Shown: positions 48,684-61,118 of the stretch, piece after piece
Position numbering within the stretch: the stretch's first letter is position 1
Layout: each line of letters starts with the position of its first letter
Source: Schizosaccharomyces osmophilus
Lineage: Eukaryota
DNA: 64,000 bases
Direction of reading: 5' to 3'
NCBI RefSeq assembly: GCF_027921745.1
Contig: NC_079238.1
Span: 1,240,001-1,304,000, forward strand
The notes under the pieces: generated by a model
What the model was told of the DNA's origin: nothing
Seen by the model: the letters and a program-made list of their open reading frames with translations, nothing else
The model's database searches: none
Position numbers and translations under genes: made by a program

Positions 48684-49592
48684 TTAGTCTGTGCGGTTCA
48701 AGTCACTAAAAGGGTTATTGGCGTCCAGATCCTCCTCTGTTTGAGAAATTGTATCAGAAACATCGGAACCGGATAAGTAGGACGCACTGTCGTCTATGGG
48801 ATGAGAGCCAGAATCGCTTTCAAAATCATCATCTTGATGCTCACTATGGCTCGTCTTTTCTTTGTACGAATCAATGGCTTGAACAATTTCATCGTTCGTT
48901 TTCAACAAATTTGCAAGCCACATCTCATCTTGAATGGCTTCAATATATCTCAACAAGGGACGATGGCAGCGTTTACAATCAACGTAATACATCATAATCT
49001 GTTTGTTACGAGCGGGATCTTCGCGATGAGGATTTATTTGAGCAAGTGTGTTTGACAAGTTGGTGGCCGCCATATTAGAAGAGACGATTAAGCGCTCGAG
49101 TACAGGTGCAAGACGCTTCATATTGATTGGTTGTTGCTGACGATTACCCATGGGAGGCATTTTAGAAGGAAGTTTCTTAGCCAAGCCGCTCAGGTTTTCC
49201 ATTCCTCGAACTTTAGAGTATTCTGAATGCCATAATTTGATTAATGAGTAAGCTCGGATTCGCACCTCCTTTGGATAAGCTGGGCTTGTTGCACATAAAA
49301 ATATACGCTGTTCCAATTTTTCATCCGAAAAGTTTTCCACAAAGTGTGATCCTGCGTTTTCAATTAATGCTTGGAGAACAAGCAAAGCTCGAATCTGTTC
49401 ACTACGTTCACCATACTTTAACTTTTTACGGAGTGTACGTGCTGCTTCCTTCGGTCCAGTAGAGGTAAGCCCGACCACCTCTGTCAATTCAACAATTCCA
49501 GATAGGTCATTATCGTTGCGACTACCAACAGTCATTTTGTCGATATATGTAGTTACCGCTGTAACTGGTTTAGAGTCACCGAATAACAGCAT
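48684..49592 (-). CDS. lsb5: VHS/GAT endocytic adaptor Lsb5
   Basis: GPKEAARTLRKKLKYG (VHS), GAT-like LANLLKTNDEIVQAI, acidic tail ending in an NPF motif. Confidence 0.9.
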   Translation of the reverse strand: MLLFGDSKPVTAVTTYIDKMTVGSRNDNDLSGIVELTEVVGLTSTGPKEAARTLRKKLKYGERSEQIRALLVLQALIENAGSHFVENFSDEKLEQRIFLCATSPAYPKEVRIRAYSLIKLWHSEYSKVRGMENLSGLAKKLPSKMPPMGNRQQQPINMKRLAPVLERLIVSSNMAATNLSNTLAQINPHREDPARNKQIMMYYVDCKRCHRPLLRYIEAIQDEMWLANLLKTNDEIVQAIDSYKEKTSHSEHQDDDFESDSGSHPIDDSASYLSGSDVSDTISQTEEDLDANNPFSDLNRTD

Positions 49593-49607
49593 TTTTCTAG
49601 ATTAAAC

Positions 49608-49627
49608 AAAAAAAAAAAAAAAAAAAA
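49608..49627. repeat. Poly(dA:dT) tract, 20 nt, followed by CGAAA repeats
   Basis: Seen directly, 16 bp upstream of the lsb5 ATG. Confidence 0.9.
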
Positions 49628-51197
49628 CGAAACGAAACGAAGTGAGGATGATTCAACTTGAGATGAAACTCGGGCTACTTTAGAACAGTACTAGATCTGA
49701 TGGAATTTTGATAGAAAAGTCGAAAAGAAAGTCGCACGTAAATTTTTGACTAGAGAGAAAATTATTTATCCTGAAGCTATTTGCCTTGATGAGAACTTGT
49801 TCTATTTAAGATGTTTCGAAGAAAATACACATAGACGCAGAAGGGACGTTGAGTGCGTCGATGATATGGATAAGATGAATTTCTTACATTCAGTTCAAGC
49901 TTCATAGATTACTTTTATGATAAAGATGAATTAATATAAATGAAATAAGAAAATAATAAAACTCGACGGATATATGGTTTTTGAGAATTGGTTGGCTAGT
50001 CAAGTGTAACAAAAAACAAGCATAACAAAAACCCTTGACTATCTTCAGGAGCAATGGCCGTACACATTCTTCTCAGTTGTTTGTTTGACGGTGTCCAAAG
50101 AGCCGAATGTACACATGCTAAACAGCTTGTGCAAACAATTCAGATCTTTCGCATGCAGAGTAGAATCCCTCAAGCACCTCACAGAAAAGAACAATAACTG
50201 TTTAGTATGAGAAACAATCCTTTTTTCTCTATTTTTTTTCTTATTGCACCCAAAAAATAGCTCCTGTCATAAGAAGTCCTATGGCAATAACTTTCTTCGG
50301 TTTACACAGACATTAGAGTCAACAAAGACCCACTCTTAATTCCTTTTCTTATGGTTTTATCCAACAACTTTGATATCCCAAATATCCGAATCTTCGTCGT
50401 AAAGGTAAACATCTCTTGGCTTCAAGGGTTATGAGAGTCATGAAAGTTAGAGTGAAACATGATCCTTAATAGCATGCTCAGACTAGGAAAAATGTAGCTT
50501 TGTCAAGTTTAAAGGACTATTCACGCCGCAATGAAAGGAAGGTTTCGTTCCTCCGTCCTTGCTTTTTCAATAAGTAGCCATCTAGTAGACTAGAGTTTAA
50601 ACATTCTTTGTTATATTTCATTCTAGATCTCTTATTTTGTTTTTATATGCCTGAAGGTGTCACGAAAGACCTCTAAATTAGCATTAGCAAGCCATAGGCA
50701 AGCAATGAAGCAACCGTATGAAAGACGTATAAACAACTTCATAAGAACAACAATAAATTAAAAATGTTGTATAACAAAGCAATGGGCCTTTACTGTAGGA
50801 GAAAACGAGTATTTTGGAGGAAGGGCAAGCAAGTCTCATAAAAGTCAATTGTCGAGGGCTATGCAATCATCGTTTTCTTTCTTGTATGCATCGTTTAGTT
50901 TATTTGTTTATTTGAAAGATAAAATGGTAATGAAGAAGTGCAATATGAACCCATAATCCTTTTTTTAAAATATCATAGAAATGTTTCCCTTTGACGTTAA
51001 ACTTTTTTAGAACCCTTATTACATTAAAGAAATTTCAATGAAAATGAACTTGTGTTTCTACCAAGAATTCTTATCACATTCTGAACATTTGGTTTACGGA
51101 AGTGTATGTAACCTCATACTGAAGGTCGTCCTTTGCCAACTACCAACGTTTGTTGTAAATCTGCAAAAGTTTGTACAATTTCGAGATAACTAGCCTA

Positions 51198-52011
51198 ATG
51201 TTCATTCTTAATTGGTTCTATGATGCTCTAGCTGCTCTTGGTCTTGTAAATAAGCATGCCAAGATGCTGTTCTTGGGTTTGGATAATGCTGGTAAAACTA
51301 CATTGCTTCACATGCTAAAGGTAGAAATGCGAAATCACAAAAAACGTATATTGTTACTAACTTTGAAATAGAATGATCGTTTGGCTGTTATGCAACCAAC
51401 ATTGCATCCTACATCCGAGGAGTTAGCTATTGGAAAGGTTCGCTTCACAACCTTTGACTTGGGCGGTCATCAACAAGGTAAGTATTTTTTATCATTATAC
51501 GAACAGACTGCTTGTTAAAATTTGGAGGTCCTAGCTATGCGTGAAGGGTACCCTATGATGGCACTGTGTATTGTTGTAAAGAAAACAGCTATGGAATCTA
51601 ATCAAGTCTTTTTTAATTTATTTCTTTTCTAATGCTTTTGAAACGATGAATCTAACTTTTTGTTTAGCTCGCCGTCTTTGGAGAGACTACTTTCCCGAGG
51701 TAAATGGCATTGTGTATCTCGTAGATTGCTGCGATTTTGAGCGACTTTCCGAATCTAAAGCAGAGTTGGACGCTTTGTTGGCTATGGAGGAGCTTGCCAA
51801 GGTTCCTTTCTTAATTCTCGGTAACAAAATTGATGCTCCTGGTGCTATTTCAGAGGATGAATTGAAGGCTGCTCTTGGCTTGTACCAGACTACTGGTAAG
51901 GGAGTTTCCAAGCCCATTCCCGGCATTCGTCCCATCGAAGTTTTTATGTGCTCAGTTGTCCTTCGTCAAGGATATGGAGAAGGTTTCAAGTGGTTGGCTC
52001 AATATGTTTAA
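51198..52011 (+). CDS. sar1: COPII GTPase Sar1; exons 51198-51320, 51372-51477, 51668-52011
   Basis: 190 aa: [50 protein letters not shown]. Confidence 0.97.
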
Positions 52012-52526
52012 ATTTCCAGATCATATTCTACTGATTTTCAGTTACATTGGCTAATATCTTTCTGCTTGATTCTTCTTTATCATTCTATTATGTTGTCTAT
52101 TCCACTCATGTCTCAAGGATAGTTGGATTACCGATTGCTCCTTCAGAGTGGTTTTCTTTCGATTCTAGATTGTTTTAATGTTTACTTTGGTCTAAATCCG
52201 CTGTGTAGATTCTTTGTGTACACGTTTCTCATTGGGCTATACAGATCTACTGGTTTAAAATAGTCGCAGACATCTTGCGATTTTCAATAACTGATTGATT
52301 ATTATTTTCAATAGACCGGTTGATGCTTTGTTTTACCTTTTAGCTACATTTATTAAGTTTTTTCATACTTAATGACCGGCGTCCACTTACAAAAGTCGTG
52401 TGGATTGTGTCTCAACTGTGAAGTTCTTAGCCGTAGAGTTCATATTTAAATCTATTACTTAGGGATAAAATGAATCCCTTTTTATTCGTTAAAGTTTCAT
52501 ATCTCCTTTATTTAAATATGTTGGGT

Positions 52527-53225
52527 TTACATTCGTTCGTAACAAGTCATGCGGTAGGTTTCAATTAGTTCATCCGTATCTGTACTGCTTACGTGCATTA
52601 TTTTTAAAAGTTTCTCTGAGCAAGCAGCATTTCCTACAACTCGCACTAAAGAGTCCTTTTTCAACATAAAGGGCGTAATCGATTCTTTCGTAAATAGCTT
52701 AGCATAGATGCATGGAGACTTACCACCTCGAAAGGCATCCTCCAATTCTAATAGGATAGTGTTTCCAACAAATTTGTGAGAGCGAACTTTACCTTTAAAT
52801 TTGTGTTAGCATATTCATCTGGCTACACGTATTTGTGCATTACCAAAAAACTCGACGACAATCAAAGAGGTAGAAGGACGCGAACGGTACACCTTTAACA
52901 ATTCGCCTACTCGAAAGCAAGTTCGTAAAAAAGAGCCCGAATGAAAACCACGTAGTCCCTCATCTTCTGTTTTCATCTCCTTCACTGCTGGAAATGGTCC
53001 TCGCACCAGTATGTCCAGAGAAGGTTTTGGAGTAGGATTAATTTCTTTATTCTCATACAGTATTAAGTTCTCTGAAACTTGGTTCGCGTTCAGCTGTAGA
53101 TTTTGCTTCTTCATTTCAGTACTGTCTTGAAGCAATTTCTTTTCTGGTAAACAATTCTTTTCAAACCCATCCGAATCCTTTAACCTTTTGAATTCTTTAG
53201 TACCAAAGCTACCTGAACGTTTCAT
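52527..53225 (-). CDS. mug37: Conserved fungal protein, probable Mug37 orthologue, predicted C-terminal OB fold; exons 53225-52844, 52792-52527
   Basis: Intron GTAATG..CTAAC..AAG joins two ORFs in frame to 215 aa. Motif VRGPFP..LRTCFRVGE. The name comes from synteny only. Confidence 0.65.
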
Positions 53226-53237
53226 TTCAATTTCTTG

Positions 53238-53243
53238 ACGCGT
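53238..53243. promoter_or_regulatory. MCB element ACGCGT
   Basis: Exact hexamer 13 bp upstream of the mug37-like ATG; variant ACGCGA at 53422-53427. Confidence 0.4.
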
Positions 53244-53792
53244 TTAATATGTTACTAACGTAAGTAAGATAAGTTGGGATGGGAATTCCAAAGCATACGT
53301 ATATTTCACAAAGCAAACAAGTGAATATAATTGAATGAGCTGTTTTATTCAAATAAATTGTTTTTTGAATAAAATGTCAATGCGAAAGGATACCATCAAA
53401 TACACAGTAATGAACCACTATACGCGAGTGTTGTAAACTTTTGGCACACTGTAGCTTCCTTATAATAAAAAATGTAAATCTTAATAAGTAAAACCCGATC
53501 ATGCTAAACTGTATCATACAAGACGATACCACAAACGTGTTTCAAACTCATTCACGTTAGCCTCTGTCTCTTCTTATAGAAGACATTTATCTTTTTTCAA
53601 GAGCATATATACTTTTTTGCTCGCTAGTTGAAAGAGAATTATTGACCGTTCCCATGAAGTGTTGATTGTCAATTGTTTGGCAGTAACCAAGTAGAAGCAC
53701 AATTCTTTGTGGTAGGTCCTTTCAGTCGTTAAGTATATTTATCATTACATTTAAAAGAAGAAAACTTTAAAACAAACTTTTTGGTGTGATAT

Positions 53793-55558
53793 ATGGATCA
53801 ATCTTCAGCACAAGATGAAAATAGCAAAATGGATGCAACACCCTTGCCAGTCAGTCTAAATCCTGAGGTAATAGAATCGAGGAATTTGGCGCCGTAAGTG
53901 AAACTCCTAAAATGTGATCTATAAGTTCTTTTTATTGACCCTTTCTTTTGTCTAGTGAAATTGACTTGCCTCAAATTTTTCAAAAGATTGTCCAGGATAG
54001 AGGGAATTTTAGAGATTTGGATGAAAATGAATTAGAAAAGCAATTAGAGGACGAGCAAGATTTTACGAAGACATTTCCTGGTAAACAAGATCCTTACTAT
54101 GGTTTTACCATTCTTCCAACCCAGCAAGAAGCCAATGACGTTTCTCCGGGCTCTACGAATGTTCATGATCACAAAAAAGAACTTATAGATCACATTTTGT
54201 AAGTCTCCTTAGTTTTGTTCTATCTCCGTCAATTCGCCGTACTAATCTTTTGACATAGGATTGCTCAAAATGAGTGCTCGCTAGCGCTTGATATGACTTC
54301 TTTACTTCTTTCGAAGTATAAGCAATCTAGTTCGGATACAATTTCGCCTTTTCTGAAATCTACTGTTCCTCCTGGATCACTAGGATTGGAGCGATGCCAT
54401 CCTCCTGAAGTAAAAGAGTCCGATAATGTTCTAGCTATGTGCTGGAAAAGAAAGTCCTTACATTCTTCAAAGAGTCTTCTTGCTGATGCCAAGGAAAGAT
54501 TATCCAAAGTTGTGGATTCCGAGCGTGAGTACTTTCAGATGTTGTCCAACGTTAGGGATTCATCGTGGCCTCTTGTACTGAGCAACAAGAGAGGTAATTA
54601 TGATGTTTCGATACAATATAGTGCCATAGGTGGAACATCTTTAGGTCTCGGATTAATCAGGAAGGATCAAGCAAAGCAAAGCTATAACTTTGAGACTGGA
54701 CTTGCACATGAAAAAGCGAACTTGCGTGTTGATTTAGTATCAAGTAGCGGAAAGGTTATTGCATCTTCAAAATGGAATTGGAATTGGGGAATACAAGAAG
54801 AAGACCCATTGTTGGTGAAAATACAAAGTGCTCAACGAGTACTGCTAGAAATGGATGTTTGGAGCGCACTGCTACAGGAAGCACAAATTTGTGAAAATCA
54901 AGGCGTGGTGTTTACTGGGGATACTATTTTTCTATCCTGCAATTCGGAATTTTCATTGCGAATTTCCCTTGATACCGGTGCAGAAGACATTAGACAGAGT
55001 TCGGAAGACGATTCAGATCAAGAACAAGGAGAGGAATATGATGAAGAAACTAGAAGATTTTTACAAAAATGCTGTAATGCTGCCAACGCGATTACACAGA
55101 TTTTATTCTTACAGTATTGCCGAAATCCTACCAGAAAATTACAGCAAGCGGAATTGGCAATGGTTATCGACCCTTCGGCTCCTCAAATAATTCGTCCTCT
55201 CATATTCTACTACGCGATTCACGAGGAAGCCCGTCAGTTTCAAAAGTGGTTACAAAATGAGGGCATAAAATTCGAGTATTTACCCTCTTACCCTTGGGAA
55301 ACAGCGAGAGACTTTACAACGTTTGAATCTTCTTTACTGACAAATCGCATCAACTTGCAGTGGTACCTTGATCTTGGTTTTTCTTTAAGCGCTAATATTC
55401 AGCATAACCCGACTATGCATGGAACCGAAAAAACCGTATGGAAGTACAAAGATGCCTATAACTATTACAAATTCTCTTCCGTAAAAAATTTATGTCAATA
55501 CATTGAGCATGCACGGAAACAAAGGGAAGAAATGGCTTCGAAAACTAATGAAGAATAA
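53793..55558 (+). CDS. med17: Mediator subunit Med17 (Srb4); exons 53793-53893, 53956-54198, 54259-55558
   Basis: Spliced KIVQDRGNFRDLDE..HIL|IAQNECSLALDMTSLLLS..ISPFLKSTVPPGSL, matching the Med17 N-terminal blocks. Confidence 0.9.
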
Positions 55559-55851
55559 TCAACATTTACGTGGTATGTGATTCAATATGAATATAATACA
55601 TATATTTATATATATATAATTAAGAGGACCATTAATAGTGTATGAAGTCGTTTAAATAGTTATCAAACGTTTGATGTTTATCTTGATTGCAAAAAATGAA
55701 AATTAGTTTTTTTTAGGGTAGCACTTATTTGTTGAGAATCTATGAAATGTAAACACGTAACCAAAACATAAATGATAGAAAAGAACTTCAACTACCATCC
55801 CTACAACTTGGGCTTGAACGGCAATATGAAATTTTGATGTTCAACGTTTTG

Positions 55852-56460
55852 TTACAGCATTTGAAGCTTATTTTTGACTGCTGCTTCTAATTTGTACACA
55901 TGGGTATCTTTAGACTCAGGTGAAAGATGGCGAAGAGCATTGGCAAGCTCAAAAAGGTAGATATAGTTAGGTCCACTTTTTCCTTTCCGGGTAGAAATAA
56001 GATCTGATAATTCCTCAATTGTTTCTGACGGTTGGAACTGGGGACTATTTGAAGTGCCCACGTAAACGAGACAATGTTCAAGGATAGGTTTTTTATCTCC
56101 AATGTGAGCATACACAGGGACATCATGAGCAGTGTAGCCATTGACTTCTCGATCGTCCAAGTATGCTCTGATTTCTTTTGCGAAGGGAGCAGGAATACGA
56201 AATGCCATTCCCCAGCATCCTTCATCATAAGGTGTTTGAGCCCAATCCGAAAACTTTTCCCATTCTTCGTAAGGAATCAGGGTCAACACACGCCCTGGTT
56301 TCTCCACGGTACCTCGATGATCCTCACTTTTCATCCAAAGTCGTCGAACATATCCCCGAAGGTAGCATGGAATGCTTAAATCATATTTCGGCGGGGGGTG
56401 CCAAATCAAGGAACCATATCCAAATATCCAGAAACTTCCTTCAGGAGACAATGTTTCCAT
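55852..56460 (-). CDS. ChaC-family glutathione-specific gamma-glutamylcyclotransferase
   Basis: Motifs WIFGYGSLIW, SEDHRGT..PGRVLTL, YLDDRE..GY and G.SGPN..YL. Confidence 0.93.
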   Translation of the reverse strand: METLSPEGSFWIFGYGSLIWHPPPKYDLSIPCYLRGYVRRLWMKSEDHRGTVEKPGRVLTLIPYEEWEKFSDWAQTPYDEGCWGMAFRIPAPFAKEIRAYLDDREVNGYTAHDVPVYAHIGDKKPILEHCLVYVGTSNSPQFQPSETIEELSDLISTRKGKSGPNYIYLFELANALRHLSPESKDTHVYKLEAAVKNKLQML

Positions 56461-56733
56461 CTTCTAAACTAAATCATCAAGTCGGCGAACGATGAATTTC
56501 CCAAAGATGAAAAAATTGAATCTTGGGTAGGAAATTTGCAGTAACCTACATAGGAGGGTGACTAAACTCATAAGCAAGCGGAATGAAGGTCGTTAAATAC
56601 ATTTCAAAGATGTGGAAAAGGTAGAAAATAGTAGATATAAATCAAAATAATTCATTCTTTGGGTATCGTAAGCGTTCCATGAAAAGAGGAATTAAGGACG
56701 TAATTCATGTAATACCATATCGCTTGGGTCGGC

Positions 56734-57213
56734 TTAGTCCAAATCGAAACAGTTTCTAGGGTCGTTCAAAGCATTACGAACGAACTTGGTGTGTCTTCCC
56801 TTGGCAAAAGTTTCCTTTGCTTCGGTGAAGAAGTCAACGCTCGTAAAAGCAATGTTGGAGCCGAGTCTGTCACATTTGGCATGAAGGAGAATTTGAGAGC
56901 CCAGAGTTCCACCGCTTTTCAAAAATGTCTGATTCATATCAATTGAAACACCAGAAACGAATAATCCCCTACTTGCAAGAGCTAAACTTCCACTCAGGTC
57001 AGTAAGGGCGGCAATACATCCTCCATGTAGATTTCCCATTCTATTCAAATGGCGTTTCTCTAATTTCAAAGAGCATTCCACGGACCCGGGGATCGCTCTG
57101 AGGATCTGGATATCACCAAGCAAGCAAGCATCAAACCCGTTAGTGTTTTTAAAGTCTTGCCAAACAGAACGAACAAAAGTTACAACTTTAGAACTCCCAG
57201 GATTAGCAGCCAT
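56734..57213 (-). CDS. Hotdog-fold acyl-CoA thioesterase (ACOT13/PaaI-like)
   Basis: HLNRMGNLHGGCIAALTD, GVSIDMN and AKGRHTKF; first ATG at 57213. Confidence 0.9.
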   Translation of the reverse strand: MAANPGSSKVVTFVRSVWQDFKNTNGFDACLLGDIQILRAIPGSVECSLKLEKRHLNRMGNLHGGCIAALTDLSGSLALASRGLFVSGVSIDMNQTFLKSGGTLGSQILLHAKCDRLGSNIAFTSVDFFTEAKETFAKGRHTKFVRNALNDPRNCFDLD

Positions 57214-57815
57214 CCTATAGTTATTTTTTATAAATACGAAACAAGCGAAATTTCTATCCTTTTCAAAGAAAGACAACAGAAGAATCTGATGTTAAAAACG
57301 CAAACGTTTAGGTATCTTGGGTGTGGTCAAACAGGAATCCAGCGTTGATAAAAAATAATTGGCTATGATGAAGAAAAGGCAAGGAAAGCCAAAGATATGT
57401 TAATTAAAAGATAAAAAAACATTGAAAGAAAACAGCTGTTCTTAAAACAAAAAGTTATATGTCTTTTTCAGAATTGGTATCAATTCGTTCCTTAGATGAC
57501 TCTTCATCTTTTTTGTTTACGTAGCTTTTTTCAGAAAATTAACTAAAAAGAACCAAATATCATTAATGAAATAGAAAATCCAAGCTTCGACGAACGCAGC
57601 TCTATCGACTGTTGTTTTAGATATAAAACCCTATAATGTTGAATTGGTATGCCAAAATCTCGAAAGCTTTGCGTAGTTATAGATTTCAAAAGTTTAAGAG
57701 TTTCTCACATCAAACTTAATTACTTGCCGTCGGTATGTACTAATTGTTCATTGAAGAATGCCCATATTCATTACTCGTAATACATCAGCAATTCATTCCC
57801 AAAACTCCCCGTGTG

Positions 57816-59259
57816 TTATTTTACAGCTTTCCTTTTCAAGAAGGCAATCATCGGCTGCGCGCCAGCTGTGGTAATAAAAAACATGCGTTTGATCGAACTA
57901 TCCCACACAAGGACACCCAGTTCTTTTGCGTATTCCACGGCTTGGTCAAATTCCATGTCAGTAAGAAAGTCTCGAAATAGTATTCCTGGTGTCGCCTTCA
58001 AACGGTTCTTTTCTAATTCCCATAAATAGATCTGATCCACTAATGTAGGAGGAAGTAAAGGTACCTATTATAATGTTGTTAGTGTTTTTATAACTGTAAA
58101 TGCGTCGTGTTACTTACATTCGCTCTCATTTGTGGATGAGCATGCGTAGAAAAGTATGTGATAATTTGTTCAGCAGCAATACCATTCATCAGAGCTCTTC
58201 GAATACTATCACGAGTGATCACGCCAACAACCAAATTTGAAAACTTCGCTCGTAAATTAGCGAATAAACCTATGATGGCAATCTGTAGAGGCGAGCTTGT
58301 GTAGGCATACAAACGATAATTTGTTTCTACAATAATGAACCCCTTGTCAGCGTCATTATCACTCTTGGCACCTTCTAGTGCGTGAGAGTCAGTTGTTAAG
58401 CTCGTTGCGAGACGCGTAGGATAAAATCGCTTTGATGTCGTTTTCCTTTGATACACGACCCCGTACTCTCGTAAATCTTCCAGCATAATTTGTTGAGTGT
58501 CAGTCAAGAAATCTACAGAATAATCTCTTCCCAATTCCAAACTTCCTAGCATAAATAGAAAATGTAAAACTTGAATAGGATCCATATGTGTATCTTCGGA
58601 AAGCTTGAGATACTCAAGCAAAAGAGTCCAGATTTGTGTATTGATATCTTGCAAAAGGAATTGGAAACCTGAGTGCGTAATTCGCAATTGATTCTTGGGA
58701 CCAGTCATTAAACCTCCTCTTCGAAGTAAACTTAGGACTCCTTCTCCGGGATATTTACCCTCTGGCGTTCCTACCATGAAATGTAAAATAGTTTCCCAAG
58801 TCTCCTTTGCGTATTTATCTAGAAAGTCTAAATCCACATGATGCTTGTCTTCATCGGTGCAGGGAACACCAAATGAATTATGATTCCCACTTAAAACGTT
58901 AAAACTACATTTTCTAAAAATTAAAAACAACCATACCCGCCGGTGAGAGCAGTAATAAACTGCTTCCGGAATTCCTCGTTAAGAATAATGTGCTGTCCAT
59001 CAAATTGAAAAATGTGCATGCTCACAAGTTTGTTAAATGATTCTGATTGATATACTTTACTCGACATTTTCGTCCATAAATCAAAGTCTGAAAGAGCGAC
59101 AGGCATAGGATTAAAAAGCATGGACATTACATATTGTCTTGCCAAAATCGGTAATAATCGAAAAACAGCAAGGCAAGCCGCTGGCTTTTGATACAGTCTT
59201 GCATGATTTGGAAGCTGCTCTAGGAAATCGTTGATGCTCGATTTAAATTCTGCCTGCAT
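57816..59259 (-). CDS. tfb2: TFIIH p52 subunit; exons 59259-58937, 58889-58118, 58064-57816
   Basis: 447 aa with CLAVFRLLP, GFQFLLQD, FYPTRLA, GFIIVETNYRLYAYT and HAHPQMRAN|VPLLPPTLVDQIYLWELE. Confidence 0.96.
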
Positions 59260-59779
59260 CCTTGAAATTCAGTACTTTTACGACAAGACGCGTTCAACCT
59301 AAAACAAACAAAAAAGGTAAAAAAATTTTTTGTATAAGAAACATAAATAACTTTCAGAATTAATTAAAACACTAGAAAAACGAGTGATTCATGGAATTGT
59401 CTATCTGGATGGATGTTGGAAGCCAAAATGTAGAAGCCAAATATGCAGTCTGAATTGTATGAGCTTGTGTATCAAGAAAAAAATTTAATTTAAAAAATTT
59501 CAATATAAAAAAAATAGAAAAGAAAAGAAAAGAAAGAAAGCAATCACATGAATTGCCATACATTTTTACAGCAATAGACTTTACGGGAATGAATACAAAA
59601 CGGGATAATTCATTATACTCAATCATTAGTCTAGTCAATTCTAAAATTTAACTAAAGATGATTCTTCATTTAACTTGTAAAAAAAGAAAGGAAAAATGGA
59701 AAAGGGAAAGGGATACGAAAAAAAATTTCCCTAAAGGAGTATCCATAAATAAATGACAAAAATGATGGATTCAAGAAGT

Positions 59780-60765
59780 TCAAGAAGAACGCAAGGCTCT
59801 CAGTCGTTCTTGAAGACTGTCATCTTCGACCGCTGGAGAGGGGGTTGGAACCTTTTCTTGAGGAACAGAGAGGTTATTGTTCATATTTTGATTGAATTCT
59901 AATCCCGCCTCATCAGCAACGGATTGCATTAATAAGTCGACATTCTCTTGGGGAGTATCGACAGCAGTAGCAGAACCCATAGTCTGAAATGTTAATAGAA
60001 ATATAAGAGGAAATTATACTTACTTTATGCATGTAATCTGTCTGAACATCAACGTCGTCAAACTGAGTTTCGAATTTATCCATAATTTGAGAAATCTATC
60101 ATTTTCGGTTAGAAGATCAAGCCCTAGCTTTTCTAAGAAATAGAATTTACACAACTTACTTTATCCAGATTCATGCTTTGCATAGCTTTATCCATACCAC
60201 GAACCACAGAAGCCATATTTCCAGAAACCTAATCGGTGTTAGCATCTAAATTAAATCCACACCCATAGCTGAAAAAGGCACATACCGATCTCATGGTCAC
60301 TGCAGTCTGCAACCTGCTAGAAACCGCGTCAATGCGCGATGAGAGCTTTAAAAGGTTAAGGGATTCTTGTTGTTTACGAATGGCATTCGAGGCATATATT
60401 TGAGCAACTTCTTGATTTCCTTTTAAGATTGCCTATAGAATTTGTAAGCTTTTCTATCCTGCAAAATCGGCAATTTTCGGAAAACGTTGACACAGTATTT
60501 GGATTCAGCAATCGTAATCACAAAGGGAGATGAATAGTACTAAACTTTTTCTCACGAATTATTCCATACCTTTTTTACTTTCTCACGTTCTGCCCGTTCT
60601 TCCTTAGACGCCTTTATCGATTGTTTATTCAGCGATTTGGCCGCGAACTACCCATTGTTAGTGAAGCAAGGGAAATTTCGCACCTTTAAATGAAACAATG
60701 ATGCTAATCCGTTAGTATTCGACGTGTTATAATTCTTTTTTTCTCGTACCTTCTAAGTTACTCAT
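59780..60765 (-). CDS. did2: ESCRT-III subunit Did2/CHMP1; exons 60765-60750, 60703-60684, 60647-60570, 60432-60286, 60228-60160, 60095-60024, 59983-59780
   Basis: Seven exons join to 201 aa: [73 protein letters not shown]. Confidence 0.93.
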
Positions 60766-61118
60766 GTTTTTCAAGTTTGTTGTTGTTCTGTGTCATATTC
60801 ATCCATCCTTCTTGACCTCTAAAAGTCTCCCTGTATTTCGTTATCTTGGTTTATTTATTGCTTTGCTTTTTCTTGACTTGTTTCAACGTTCTATCGAGTA
60901 TAACATTAATAAATATAAATAAAAGGAATTTTTGCTTTTTTGTTCATCTTCATGTCTATTGTGTTTTACTCGTAATCTTTAGTACTAAAGTAAAAATAAA
61001 TTCCAAACGTTTTGTTCACTGATTCCTATCGTCGTAGCGTTTCTCTCGTCAACGCTTGCACTTTGATTCATTAGTAAGTGCATGATAATATCTCTTGAAA
61101 TGAATTTAGTCCTTTTTT

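Noticed and set aside
49630..51170. 1.5-kb lsb5-sar1 gap searched for 5S rDNA, wtf, LTR, snRNA or a small gene
   Set aside because: Nothing recognisable. A 50-codon open stretch near 50047-50197 (-) has no upstream start or proper branch site.
51478..51667. Intronic snoRNA in the 190-nt sar1 intron (also the 182-nt FAH intron and 156-nt bch1 intron)
   Set aside because: No paired C/D boxes with a terminal stem and no H/ACA double hairpin; only a short palindrome AGGGTACCCT.
57214..57276. TTG-started extension of the thioesterase
   Set aside because: It contains acidic residues and is not presequence-like; probably a chance open frame.
6837..58936. AAG 3' splice sites (5 of the 35 introns)
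   Set aside because: AAG acceptors are a known minor class in fission yeasts.
59510..59540. (GAAAA)n run, and (ATAGAA)n near 10456-10474
   Set aside because: Ordinary short microsatellites in intergenic DNA; no spacer structure, so not CRISPR-like.
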